A stretch of DNA of 64,000 bases. Source: Xylographa opegraphella (taxonomy: Eukaryota). Positions 1 through 11,063 of this stretch are shown here, one piece after another; position 1 is the first letter of the stretch, and every line of letters begins with the position of its first letter. A program made the translations under genes and the position numbers. The stretch covers positions 1 through 64,000 of the forward strand of contig JALDZX010000009.1 of assembly GCA_022813865.1 (NCBI GenBank), in the 5' to 3' direction. The notes under the pieces were generated by a model. The model searched no databases and was not told the DNA's origin. It was given only the letters and a program-made list of their open reading frames with translations.

Positions 1-1506
1 CTTGCCTAGTTCGGCTTTTTCATCCATATCCTGATCCGCTGTGATCGAGCATCTCAAAATCTGAGTATACATCTCGTCCAGTTTTGCAGTAGGCCGGCTA
101 CCTCTAGCCTCGCTCTGAAGGATCAAGTGAAGACGCTGTTCCGGAGACCAGTGAGGGTCCCCAACAAAGCGACAGACTGTGGCGGCATAGATGAATAAGC
201 AATCCGAAGCCTGAACAAGCAGTTTAATGCTCGTCTCGTCCGGCCAGCCTTGAATATCACGCTTAGATCCGATCTGGTAAAGCTGATATTGTAAGAAGAC
301 TGTGATATCGTGCTCGACTACCGGACGTGGAATATCCTGCAATACGAGGTCTTGGTGTACGATATCTGGCATCTCCCGGAAATCAAGCCGAATAGGGGTT
401 TCTGGTCTGCTAGTCACAAAGATTCCAAAGTTCACGCCAGCCAGACCTTTTGTCTCCACGAAAAGCTGTAGAATTAGCTTTACATCCTCCTGGTTCTCGC
501 ACTCATCTAAGGCGTCAATCACTAGACTCAGGGTCGGCCACTGACCGTTCAACCTGGACAGTGGTTGAACAACCAGCTCTTTCCACTGATTGCGTAGACC
601 TTGCATGGCAATATTATGATGCTTTGTTATTGCTTCACAAATGTATCGCTTTAGTAAAGGTGATGCGTCTGCTAATTGATGTGCTATCGTGCAGACGAAA
701 TGTGCAGCATGGCCAAGGTCGCCAACGCCTCTTGAGAAAAAGAAGCTCGCTCCGAGGCTTCTCTGCTCGTAAAATATATGTGCAACGGTTCGAGCAATGG
801 TAAATTTCCCGGTGCCAGCCATGCCATTCAGCCAAAAGATACATCTTTCATGGTCGGTGCTCCATTTCTGGAGCCTGTTAAGGAGATCGACTCGAGTATT
901 AGGGACGCATTGAGACTCGTGCTGGCGAAAGTATGAGTCGAAAGACGCGCCGACAGCACAGGGCAGTGTGGCTAGCTGTCGGTTTTGCTCGGCGAGATCT
1001 TGATTCTGTGTAAGATTAATGACGTTTGCGTCAATACCGATGAGTAAGGAGCTATGTAGATTAGAGAAGCGTGTTTGCCTAACAACGCGAGGTCTCGTAC
1101 GTTTGATCTGCATTCAGTGCAAGACTAAGCGTTGATTTGTATCTTTCAAGCTTTGTAACGCATTCGTCTACCTCTTTGCTCGTAACGGCCATGCGAGAGC
1201 GCGGACTCCCACACGCTTCATTATCCTTCTTTTTTTGCTTGGATTCAACCTCTTTTCGAGCGCTGTGATATCCAACAAGGACTGCTTGGCGACGTTCGTG
1301 AACGAGGTCGATATTGGTAACCTCGTCGCCTGGGAGCTCTGAACCAGCTCTTGGACTTTCTGCAAGACATCATGAAAGCCTTCGACTTCGTTCGAAAGGC
1401 GTTGGATATCTGCTCTCGCATTCTTGACACCCACATAGTACTTTCCAATACAGGACAGAGTGGTAGCAGAAAGCTCGAGGATGGCGAGGATAGTGCCCGG
1501 ATCCAT
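1..1506 (-). pseudogene. Fungal NLR-like (HET-E-like) gene: N-terminal SesA/HeLo-like STAND domain plus NACHT NTPase; frameshifted; 3' part lies beyond the window start
   Basis: ATG at 1506 gives MDPGTILAILELSATTLSCIGKYY...RALAWP. Adding 1 nt at ~1184 restores (F)TSKEVDECVTKLERYKSTLSLALNADQT. Intron 1052-1100 (GTACGA..CTAAT..TAG). Then an open frame to position 1 with CVPNTRVDLL, IFWLNGMAGTGKFTIARTVA (Walker A), LGASFFFSRG, LVIDALDEC (Walker B), FVTSRPE and LFIYAATVCRFV. Confidence 0.85.
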
Positions 1507-2227
1507 GGCGTTGTTGACCGGACTGCGGATTTAGTGTAACCTTAAAATTGAGATCAATTACAGCCGTTAATAATACTGGGTCCAGGGTGATTCTGATCTA
1601 ACTTACCTATCTTAGACAGGGACTGCTGGGAACTTAGCATGCGTTTAGCTTTGTACTCCGTAGTGGTGGAGACTGGTAGATCAAATATAGAAAACTACTG
1701 AGGTGCGCCACAGTCACTTTGATTCCAGGATCGTGTCAAATATAATACAGTTTCAGTACATTACCGTCTAAGCATGGCGATACACGCTAATGCACACTAA
1801 AGCCTCACGCCAAGACACGAGACTGTCTTGCGCTCCTTTCCACACGGTGAAACTCCCGCAATGCATGTTCGTAAGGGCAGAGTGTGTTCAAAGCTTGGAA
1901 GCACACTCTCTTTTGATGGGACTGTCATAACATGGCTCCGAGAGTCGAAAACACAGAAATGGTTGTGATAAAACCAGGGAGAGAGCTAAATCGGTGATCG
2001 ACGCTGCAAATGGAACGATCGACAGTATAACCAAAACCACGGTATTTTTCCTACTGCATACCAGTATAAGTTGTGGGAATAGTTGTAGAACAGAGTCACA
2101 TTAACCATTGTTTTATGGTGTCCCAAGGGAGAGACTTGAGGTACCTAAATAGTGAATTCGTCTCGCGACGGAGTGTGTCTCTCGACCCAGGGACGGACAT
2201 TAAGGTACTTCTTCCCATCCGCCTTAG

Positions 2228-2515
2228 TGTAACGGGGGGTAGTGGGAACTATCACGTATGTCTTCAGAGAGAGTATAAAGGTAAAAGGGTTGTTTATGTT
2301 AGAACTAACTATTGCCCTGCGATACATGAATTGAGCATTCTGAGTCCCTCCGGACCTCAGCACCTCTATATAGAACTTTTAGTTCTATGGTTTCTGTCTC
2401 CCCTGTGGTCTAAGTCATCTCCTAAGACGACTGAGAATTGTTTGGCATTGGGGATCCTGGTTCTTCCGGGCTCCATCGAGCCTTACTCTGTCCTGGTGCT
2501 TGGCGGTCCGTGACA
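2228..2515 (-). mobile_element. Solo LTR of an LTR retrotransposon (Ty3/gypsy-like termini)
   Basis: 288 bp bounded by TG...CA with 8-bp imperfect inverted termini (TGTAACGG / CCGTGACA). Flanks CTTAG and CTTGA resemble a decayed 5-bp TSD. Internal TATATA at ~2366-2372. No credible ORF. Confidence 0.65.
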
Positions 2516-2801
2516 CTTGACAGAATTTAACATGAGCGAAAAATTGAAATACGAAATTTGTTTTGTTAATGAATGGAATAGAAGTTCTTCTTCTAGAAGC
2601 TGCAGTTACTCAAAGTATTTTATATTTTGGCGTTGATTTTTCGCTAATAAAAAGCGAGATAACAGCAGGCGACCTTTTTATATATCATGTAAAAAAAGAT
2701 GCCGTATTCGTAATCATAGCTCTTTCCTCCATTCAAGTATAATACTTCCTGCAACTGCAAGGGAAGCCGAATTTATACATAATAAAGAACCCTTCCCTTG
2801 C

Positions 2802-3547
2802 TCATTCTATCTCTTTCAAAAGTGCTGCAGCGAACGTGATGCAATTATTATTTTGAAGGTTATATTTCCCATTGTGGCTAGTATTGATTTGGTTTCCTAT
2901 AACAAAATGTTTTAGCAGATGCCCATGTAAACTCTCATGTGTGGCGACTGGGAAAGAGAAATTAACTTACCCAACGAAGTAAGTTTAGCTTCATCGGCTA
3001 CTTTCACGGGTCCTTTGTACGAAAGTCCGGACATGCCGCCTTGAGGCTGAAAGGGCAAACATTCCGCCTCAGAAGCCGCACGATTGATGCCTACCTCTGT
3101 TGTTGCCGATTTGAGGCTCGTGAAGACCAGATCGCATTGGAACCCCTGAAACTCCGGCTCTCCACCCTCGTTCTTGACAGTGCCTACCACCAGAGTTCTG
3201 TGTTCCACACCACCACTGTCCTTGATCAATTGGTCCATGAATGGCCCATATGGGGATTTAAAGCCGGCTGCTGCCTTTTTGTCCCAGTAGAAAGCGTACA
3301 TCCCAGGCTTGAGGTTATGCCCAGCGGCCCTCTTGACGACATCATATTCTGTACCAGCACCTGCTCCGGCTCCAGCTCCTGGTGTTGTTCCTGGCTTCAG
3401 TCCTGCGCCCGCTCCTGGCTTTGTGGCGGCCTTTGATCCCGGTTTGCCCAGCGATGCTTGAGACCCTTTCGCCCGCTCGCCGAGTGTCAATGCATCAGTC
3501 GCTACCAGTAACGAGCAAACAAGCGCAAGCGCTTTGAAGAACTTCAT
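2802..3547 (-). CDS. Small secreted protein (~223 aa) with Gly/Ala-rich propeptide and a permuted papain-like (PPPDE/LRAT-type) His...NC signature
   Basis: Signal peptide MKFFKALALVCSLLVATDA. KPG/AG-repeat linker ending in a KR (Kex2-like) site. Intron 2897-2970 (GTAAGT..CTAAA..TAG). Exon 2 encodes GNQINTSHNGKYNLQNNNCITFAAALLKEIE*. Confidence 0.8.
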
Positions 3548-4680
3548 ACTGGGCAGTGAGAAGAGGATGAAGAGAGAAGACGAATAGATCAAAAGGGATC
3601 TGTCCAAGAAACGACCAGCGTTCTATGATTTGACTGAAGAGAAATTAGGTAAAAGATTGATGGTCAGATAATCTAGCAAGTTTATATTGGAAAACACAAG
3701 AAGATTAATAGCACACATCAACAGATGCGGCATGCTTTATATGGTATAACCATGGAACATTGGGGAAATCGTCAGCCCTCTAACAATAATGTTACTTTCA
3801 TGACTATGACGCGTCCGACGCCATAGTGCAACTTCAGCATCCTGCGTTGGGAAGAACAAATAAGCACTTGACTTCTCAATGAAATATGGAAACAGCAGCG
3901 AGAATATAGTTGGCTGTTGCAGACCATGCCTGACTGCAGCCAAGGTGGAGTGCGGCTTTTCAGCCTGGGATTTTCGACCACCGGCTAGAGCGTGAGCTGG
4001 AAAGCAGGGAAATGTTGTCGCTGACACTATTGGAATCAACCTCTTACGGCGTAGCTGAGTTTGTCTCGACGCTTCAGTTTGATTAGTTGGAAAAGGGAAT
4101 GGGAAAAGATCATTGCTCAGCTTGCCGATTCGCTTAAGGCCGGGGCAGACAGCGGCAACTATGTTAGGGCCGCGGCCGCTAAGCCCTAAGCACTGACACC
4201 AATGAAATAGTCGCGAATGCCCCACGACGGCGTTGGTTGGCATCAAGTGTGACATAAACGCATCAAACATACCTAGGATTTATATAGTCTAGCTCTATGG
4301 CTGTTATCTTATAGGAACTCTACCTAACTATGTTCAAGCATTCGCAGTAACTTTCCCTAGTGGGAATAGGCCTCTGCAGGCAGGAGTGGCGGGCCAACCA
4401 TGGCCTGAGCAAAACCCCAACGGCGGAAGAGGCACGAGCTTCTTCATGCACATCGAAATCCAACTAACCAACGACACTCCATGAGACAGGGCAGGGGAGA
4501 CCGGTATTGACTTGATGACTCATACATGTCAGATGCAGCGTGAAAACGAAAGGCTTTCGGCTAAGAAGCTTTCTTTTCCTTGTTATATTCATCCTCACGG
4601 TAAACTTGACTTCTGTATTGGCAAATATCCTCGTTGTCAGCATGACCTCTCACCTTCCATCTTTGACGACAGTGGCCGAC

Positions 4681-6690
4681 ATGGGAGATTTTCGTTGTGA
4701 TGAACGGGCACGAGTTTCTTTCGAGAAACGGGTAGCGGAATGGGTCCAGGCTGGACTCATGACACCGGGTATTTAATCTTTTTACTCCCTTATGCGCCAT
4801 GCAGTCTTGTAATGATTTAGAACCCTCACCCGTTCTTGTCCCGTTTCTTCTCAACTCCCAGGCAGATACTTACACGTGGAAACTATAGAACAAGTTACTT
4901 CCAGGTTAAAGAACCACATCAATGAGAAATGGTGTTTCAAGGCCGAGCAGGTCTCCTCTTTCGACCAAGTGTTTGATACCTTGTGTACCACAGAAGGAAC
5001 CACCCAAAGTACCTTTGCCCCGAAGCCTTTAGTACTTTCTCGCCGGTTCAATTCTACAGCTTCTAATCATCCATCTCAATCTAGATTGGCCAAATAGTAC
5101 ACTAATCAGCTTCCTTACACGGGCTTGCTCAGTTACTGCTTCCGTCGCTGGAAATATGCTTCACGATAGCATGCTATATCATGCTGCCTTCCCTTACCCT
5201 GCGCTACGGAATATCTCCTGGACACATGATGAGCTGTATGCTGCTATTGTAATGATGACAAAACATCAGCATAAAATCATCGGCGGCTTCGTGTCACAGA
5301 GTGGGCAGACTATCATTCGATCGAGGAACGAAACAGATAGGAGAAGAGTATTTTTCAGAAGCTTAGCTAAGCCAAATGCAGACACGGAAACCAATACCAG
5401 AATTGAAGGGAATTCTGCCGTTGATGAAGACGACATCGATGTACTTGATGTCCTTGCTCATACTCAGCCAACAGCTTTAGGACTAGCCCACGTCCCCGAG
5501 GTTTTCTTTCAGCCGATCATCCTGAAATTACCTAGACCACCATATGCTTTGCTGGATTCGCAAATTCCGAGCCACGAATTTCTCTGTCTACTGGAGTTCT
5601 TACTTCTCCACGTCTCGAATGAACCATACAGCCTGACTGACACACATCAACAGCAAGGGTATGATACTGCGGCAGTTGCTCGATGTATACTCTCTGCCTT
5701 TGTTAGTTCGAAAGAAACAGGGATCAAATGGCAGGTGTTTGAGCGTGTACTCGCGAACACAATGGTAAGTGAAGGATTAGGGCAACGCCTTTTGGTTCAT
5801 TGACCTGACCATGTCAACCAGCCGCGGCTCCTCGATAGCCTAGACCATTTCTTCCAAACCTTCTTTCGAAATCCAGACCAGCCGCCTCTCGCGGACACCT
5901 CCCTCTCCACTACATCCAGCTCCCAGATCCTCACCTGTGCCCTCCTGGATCAGCTCGCTCTCTTCCTTCCCAACCCCACCTATTTTCACGACGCCTTCAG
6001 CTCTTCTATCCTGACTCTGAAGTCCTTGGTCCCAGTCTACACCTGTAACGCTGGCGAGTCCGCTAATCTATCAAATCTCTCTACCTGCGTGCTTCGCAAC
6101 ACTAGTCCGTCTCTCCTCCTAGTTTCCGGCACAGACACCACTTCAAATGTTCCCGTCATATTCGGCGCCTACACCCCCATGCTTTGGCGAGAACACTCGT
6201 CCGGTGGCCCTGCCTGCTTTGGCTCGGAAGACAGCCTTCTTTTCCAGCTAGCTCCCACGCACGATGTCTTCCACTGCGCCAAACCGTCGAACAGGAAGTA
6301 CGCCTGCATGCATCCGAAGACAGGCCTGTCCTTTGGAGATGTAGAATCTGGACCTGTGAGCCTTGAGCTCAACGAGGCGCTAGCAAGCGGAACCTTTACG
6401 CTGCGAGACGAGGGCGAGGGGCCGTACCAACCGAGCGCCGCAAATGCGAGTCGGACAGAGACCTCCTGGCAGGTACGGTTTGTGATTGAAAGCGTGGAGG
6501 TGTGGGCTTACAATAAAGCTGGTATAGTTTGGATATGTATTCGGCTCTCCGCGATTCTGCTAACGTGTGAGATGCAGGCCTGAAGCCGGTACACCCATGT
6601 CCGTTCGGGGAAGGGGAGGATGCGAGGGGGCTTAACATGTACGCGAAAGCTGGCAAAGATCGAACGAGGAGCTCGTTGCTCTGTGCTTAG
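4681..6690 (+). CDS. TLDc-domain protein, divergent Rtc5-like
   Basis: Multi-exon (introns ~4769-4861, 5009-5084, 5764-5821, 6522-6577). Rtc5-like segments WPNSTLISFL..MLYHAAFPY and RRRVFFRSLA. TLDc motifs PSLLLVSG, VIFGAY, CFGSEDSLLFQLAPTHDVF and FVIESVEVW. Confidence 0.75.
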
Positions 6691-6839
6691 GTAGTTGGCT
6701 TGTCACGGCGAATGTAATTTATTCTATCGAAACTGCAGTAAATTGTTCGGGGATGTAATGCGTTTCCAAGGAATGGTATGAACCCCGGCTAACGGATTAT
6801 GTGCGAGCCACCTATCATCATGGATGGAAACAGGCTTTC

Positions 6840-7634
6840 TCATCCCCACAGAGGATCCCCTACCTTTCGAGGAGGAGCGCTCACTACTAAATCATACCGC
6901 GAAAGAGCCCCTTGATGAATATGATCCGGGCGTGGCGCATACCAGAACCTTCCACAACACTCCGCGATCCCACCACCCCGTGATTTGAAACCGTTACGCT
7001 GAGCCTATCTGTCTGCCAGCCACCAGCTTTCTCGCGAGGGGCCCAGGAAAATGGGTTTTCGGAAGCTCCCCTTAACGGAGGTAGCGCCGGCGACGAGGAA
7101 GAATGGGGATTTCAGCAACCCCCCCACCTCTACTCGAACGCGTTTGATTGCCCATGACGCTTCTCTCCCCCCTCGGGTCGGGCTACGAAAAAGACCTTTT
7201 CCGAGCCGGGGACTTCGTGCGCGTGGACGGAGGGCGGTGAGGAAATATGGAGCAACCACACTACCCTTGTCGTGGACGGGGCTTCGAAGCTGGTTATCAG
7301 TCGGTAGGTCGGTTTCGAGCTTTGATTAGCTAAGGTAGCCAGCTAGCCATTTTCTTGGAAACGGAGGTTTTTTTTTGGAGGGAGTGCGTAGTGGGTGGGC
7401 GATGATGAGATGGTGTTGGGGAACCTATGGCTGGCTTACTTGGATTCTTTAAGACGGATTCGATAGGATGTGCGGAGGGGGAGTATAGGGTACAGGTTCC
7501 GTAACGAATGGGTTTGGGGTGGTGGGATTTTGGTTGGCAAGGCTGTCTGTGGAGATAGTCCGGGCAAGGGGGGGGGGTTATGCGCCTCGTCGCAGTGATG
7601 CCGACGGTATGTTGTTGACTGACTGTGAGCCCAT
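6840..7634 (-). pseudogene. Possible decayed two-exon gene of unknown function
   Basis: ATG 7634, then one frame across a GTAAGC..CTGAT..CAG intron (~7290-7439) to TGA 6840. Interrupted only by TAA, TAA and TAG. No family recognised. Confidence 0.3.
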
Positions 7635-7676
7635 TGTCCTAGATTAATGGACACCCTTCTTTTCAATACTTGCAGG

Positions 7677-7740
7677 GAGAGAGAGAGAGGCGAGACGGTA
7701 GGCCCGATTATGCCGATGCAAAAAAAAAGAAAAAAAAATA
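7677..7740 (+). repeat. (GA)n microsatellite and A-rich homopolymer tract
   Basis: gagagagagagag at 7677-7689; near-pure A run at 7720-7740. Confidence 0.8.
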
Positions 7741-7999
7741 GATCATAATGCACGTTGCCAAGGCTGCTTTGATAGCCTCTGGGACTAATACAAGGTACTC
7801 CTTCCTCCTCCAGCACGCGCTGGAGCTCGGCCACGACGAGAGATGCGCAAAGCACCGAATCAGGCTTCACATGCACAAACACAATTGCCGGTAAGTTTAC
7901 CCAAAACGATTATCCCAAGGGAAGTGGTCCCCGATATCGATCGCCATTGCCCCTTCCAACCCCCCTGAATAAGCCAAACCCCGTGCGCCGATGCTCCGC

Positions 8000-8860
8000 T
8001 CAAACACAAGTCACCTTTAAGCCCAGGGGCATGCAGCCAGGATTGATGGCATCAGTCAGTTCCACACCGGAGAAATATTCACCTATGAACGACAGACACG
8101 TCTCGAACATTGTTTCGATCCCGTTGACGCACTGCAGCATCCCGGTCCGGAGGATAGTGCACGTCGTGTATGGATACCCTCGTTCCGCGACCACGTCGGC
8201 GGGGTTGAAGTATAGGAAGTCTTGGGGGAAGCCCGCGTCGCTGTTGGCGTATTCATTGCCGCTGAACAGGTGGCCGGCGGCGTCGATGCTGAATGTCGAT
8301 GCGGAGGATAGGCTACCGAATAGAATACCCGAGGTGTCCTGGCCGCCGCCATTACCGATTGGCGTGAGGTAGCCGTATTCGCCGTCAAAGGTGCCTCTGA
8401 CGGCCTGGAGTACGAAGGTCGCGGTCGGGGCGGCACACTCCGTGACCGTGGCAGTGGCGACGGTTGCCGTGTCGAGAATGGTAGTTGTGACGTCCACCAC
8501 GAGCATGGCAGTGGAGGTCATTGTGATATCGGAGGTTTGCACGGTAGTGACAGTGACGGTCGTGGTGGTCACGGGGGTTGGAGCTGTTGTTGTGGATCTG
8601 GTAACGCCGATGCAGGAGCAGGCCGAGGAGTAGCGGACCGACCCGGAGCAGGCGGAGGCGTAGGTGGGGATGGAGGAAGGCGCGGCGGTCATTTGACGCC
8701 TGTCGAGCGTCACTGCCGGGGGGGCAACTCGAAGATGGGGGATGACATCACGTTTCCGGCGGAAGTCTACCGTTACTGTCGCGGTTTCCGGAACAACAAT
8801 GGTGTGGCTCCCTTTCGAGTCCGGATGTAGGTCTCTTACATTTCCCCAAGTTCGGGGCAT
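8000..8860 (-). CDS. Thr-rich fungal surface-type protein with the PTYASACSG...YSSACSC motif; apparently lacking its N-terminus and signal peptide
   Basis: Contains IPTYASACSGSVRYSSACSCIGVT, a Thr/Val-rich stalk and a Cys-containing C-terminal domain. No hydrophobic leader. The ATG lies only 39 bp after the upstream gene's stop codon. Confidence 0.65.
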   Translation of the reverse strand: MPRTWGNVRDLHPDSKGSHTIVVPETATVTVDFRRKRDVIPHLRVAPPAVTLDRRQMTAAPSSIPTYASACSGSVRYSSACSCIGVTRSTTTAPTPVTTTTVTVTTVQTSDITMTSTAMLVVDVTTTILDTATVATATVTECAAPTATFVLQAVRGTFDGEYGYLTPIGNGGGQDTSGILFGSLSSASTFSIDAAGHLFSGNEYANSDAGFPQDFLYFNPADVVAERGYPYTTCTILRTGMLQCVNGIETMFETCLSFIGEYFSGVELTDAINPGCMPLGLKVTCV

Positions 8861-8899
8861 ATGTGATATCTAAATACCGGGACACAGAGCCAGATCCCA

Positions 8900-9640
8900 T
8901 CATCCAGTCTGCATCGAGTAAAACTTCGTGGCACGATGCTCCAATATCTTGCTGTTGACATAGTGCTGCAGTTCGTGGTCCCTGATGATGCGCTGCGTCC
9001 GCACCGCCGGCGTCACGAACGCCGAATACACTGTCGGGCGCAGGATGCTGATCGCCTGCAACGCGGGCAGCACGCTTGGTTCGCAGTAGCGAAACACCAC
9101 GTGCGCGTACGGCTCGCAGTTGATCTCCGGCGCGTGCCACGTGAGATTAATGACGAGGTGTTCCAGGCCGCTGAAATTCATCAGCATGGCCGCCACTTCC
9201 CGCTCGTGCGCGCACAAGAAATCCTCGCCGCGCTCCGCACTGGCGGAGAAGGCGCCGTCGGACAGCGTGAGCGTTTTGACGTACTGATGGCAGTTCGGCT
9301 CGATCTGGTTCGCGAACCAGGCGAGGTCCTCGAGGTCTTCTGCCACAAAGTCGTTCTCGCTGTAGAAGATCTGCGCGGCTTCGGTGAGGACGCTGTTGCC
9401 GATGGAGCCGCCGCGGGCTTCGTCGTCGACGCTTGGCGTCGGCGCGAAGATGGACGTGCTGAACATGGCGAATTCCGGGTTGCCGTTGTGCATGAGGTTC
9501 TTGATCCGGACGTTGGCCGTATCAACAAGGAGGAACCGAAGCAGCGCTGTTCGTTGATTCGGAGGGGCCGACTGTAGGCGGCTTAACAAGTCCACCTTGG
9601 ACCGTTTGACAACCTTGTTGACAAGGTGATCGGCAGACAT
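8900..9640 (-). CDS. Hypothetical protein, F-box-like/DUF7730-like architecture
   Basis: Single GC-rich exon with strong codon bias. Motifs RTALLRFLLV, TEAAQIFYSENDF, QYVKTLTL and FSGLEHLVINL. Start ATG chosen at 9640. Confidence 0.65.
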   Translation of the reverse strand: MSADHLVNKVVKRSKVDLLSRLQSAPPNQRTALLRFLLVDTANVRIKNLMHNGNPEFAMFSTSIFAPTPSVDDEARGGSIGNSVLTEAAQIFYSENDFVAEDLEDLAWFANQIEPNCHQYVKTLTLSDGAFSASAERGEDFLCAHEREVAAMLMNFSGLEHLVINLTWHAPEINCEPYAHVVFRYCEPSVLPALQAISILRPTVYSAFVTPAVRTQRIIRDHELQHYVNSKILEHRATKFYSMQTG

Positions 9641-11063
9641 CGCTATTTTCAAATCTTGGCGCTCTAGTGTACTCGCAGTGTACTGTACTCTATACGAATG
9701 AGTAAAGTCCTCACCAAAGAAGCTTTTCCCGAAAGCTACGTAGAAAGGTATAAATGTATGTGCAGGACAAATGTTTTTCTGTCTTTCTTGAATAGACCCG
9801 ACTTTTCCTGAAGGGATCCGACTGGAGGAAATCGAGCCATTCCTTATATGCCACGAAAGTCCCACAGCGGGCGCTTTCGGGCGTGAGGAGACTCATGAAA
9901 GGATCCTTTATCTTGCTTTATGAGACCGTGACAATGTGATGGTGGCATTGTGGAACAATCGACTGCCTCGTGCCATCACAAACCCAGCAGCGGGATTCTT
10001 TGAGACTTCCCATTGTTTCACCGCCCTCGGAGCTTCGGCCAACAATGAGATCTTGGTCGTCCCTGTTCGCGAACAATAGACTGCGGAGTGTATCCGGCCT
10101 TGCCACTGACCTCCGGGAGGACAGTAACACCGTCCAGTGGTACATGTACTTCGAGCTGGTATAATGATGGGTATTTCGGTAGGTAGTCGAAGCAGATATA
10201 CCAAGTTGAATGGTGCCGGTGTCGGGTTTTCAGCTTAGAGGTTTCTCGCACAGTAAAACGAGGGAGAAACGATGTGCTGCGAGACATTCTCCTGTTCAAG
10301 GCCGGTGTTGGCTTGAAACTGGATCTACATCAACCAGAATAGATCCAAGCATTAGTGATAACGTAGGTATTATCGGAGGTAAGCTGGGTAGCTTCAGGGA
10401 GGCCTAAGAAAAATGTCAAGGCAACATTAACAGCGAGAAATGAGCGCACTGAGGCGAACATGAATTTCGATGGTTCCAGATCGACGATGTTCCCAGGATA
10501 ACTGTAGGATGGTGGTTGCTTCGTCAAAGGGAATAACAAAGAAAAGTTGCGGATCGCATATTGTATTATTACCATCCCGGTAACTTTCGAGGATAAATCA
10601 CGTGCGAGGTCCAGCTTTCAGAGACGCAAGAAGAGACACGGCTGCAAGCAAGCAGTTCGCCATGCCATATGGACGGCAAACATGATGGTTGACATGCTGT
10701 TGTTGTGAGGGCAGAAGGAAACATTTTGGTAATCACAAAAGTTCTTGAAACTACGAAGTACATCAGCATGGAAAAATCTAGAAAAAAGCCCATTCATGGC
10801 ATATGCAGAGACCACGCATCTCGACGCATTCAGCAACGCGTCAATATTGTCACATGCTTACGCGCTTATAGTACAGATGCTCCAGCCCATCCTTTGAACA
10901 TAGTCATGCCGTTTCCCTTGTTCCGCAGGCACCCAAGCACCAAGTCCTCCAAGTCAATACGTGTAAGGGTAGCAGCAGCAACCTAATACTACCTCCCTTC
11001 AGAAAATTGAGTGAGCTACCTTGGAAGAGTGCCCCCCCCCCCCCGATCAGTTGCGCGACTCTC

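Noticed and set aside
3737..4270. 177-aa minus-strand ORF upstream of the secreted protein
   Set aside because: No coding signature; more likely promoter sequence.
6701..6998. TGTCACGG...CCGTTACG as a second solo LTR
   Set aside because: It does not end in CA, has no TSD and shows no internal similarity to the 2228-2515 element.
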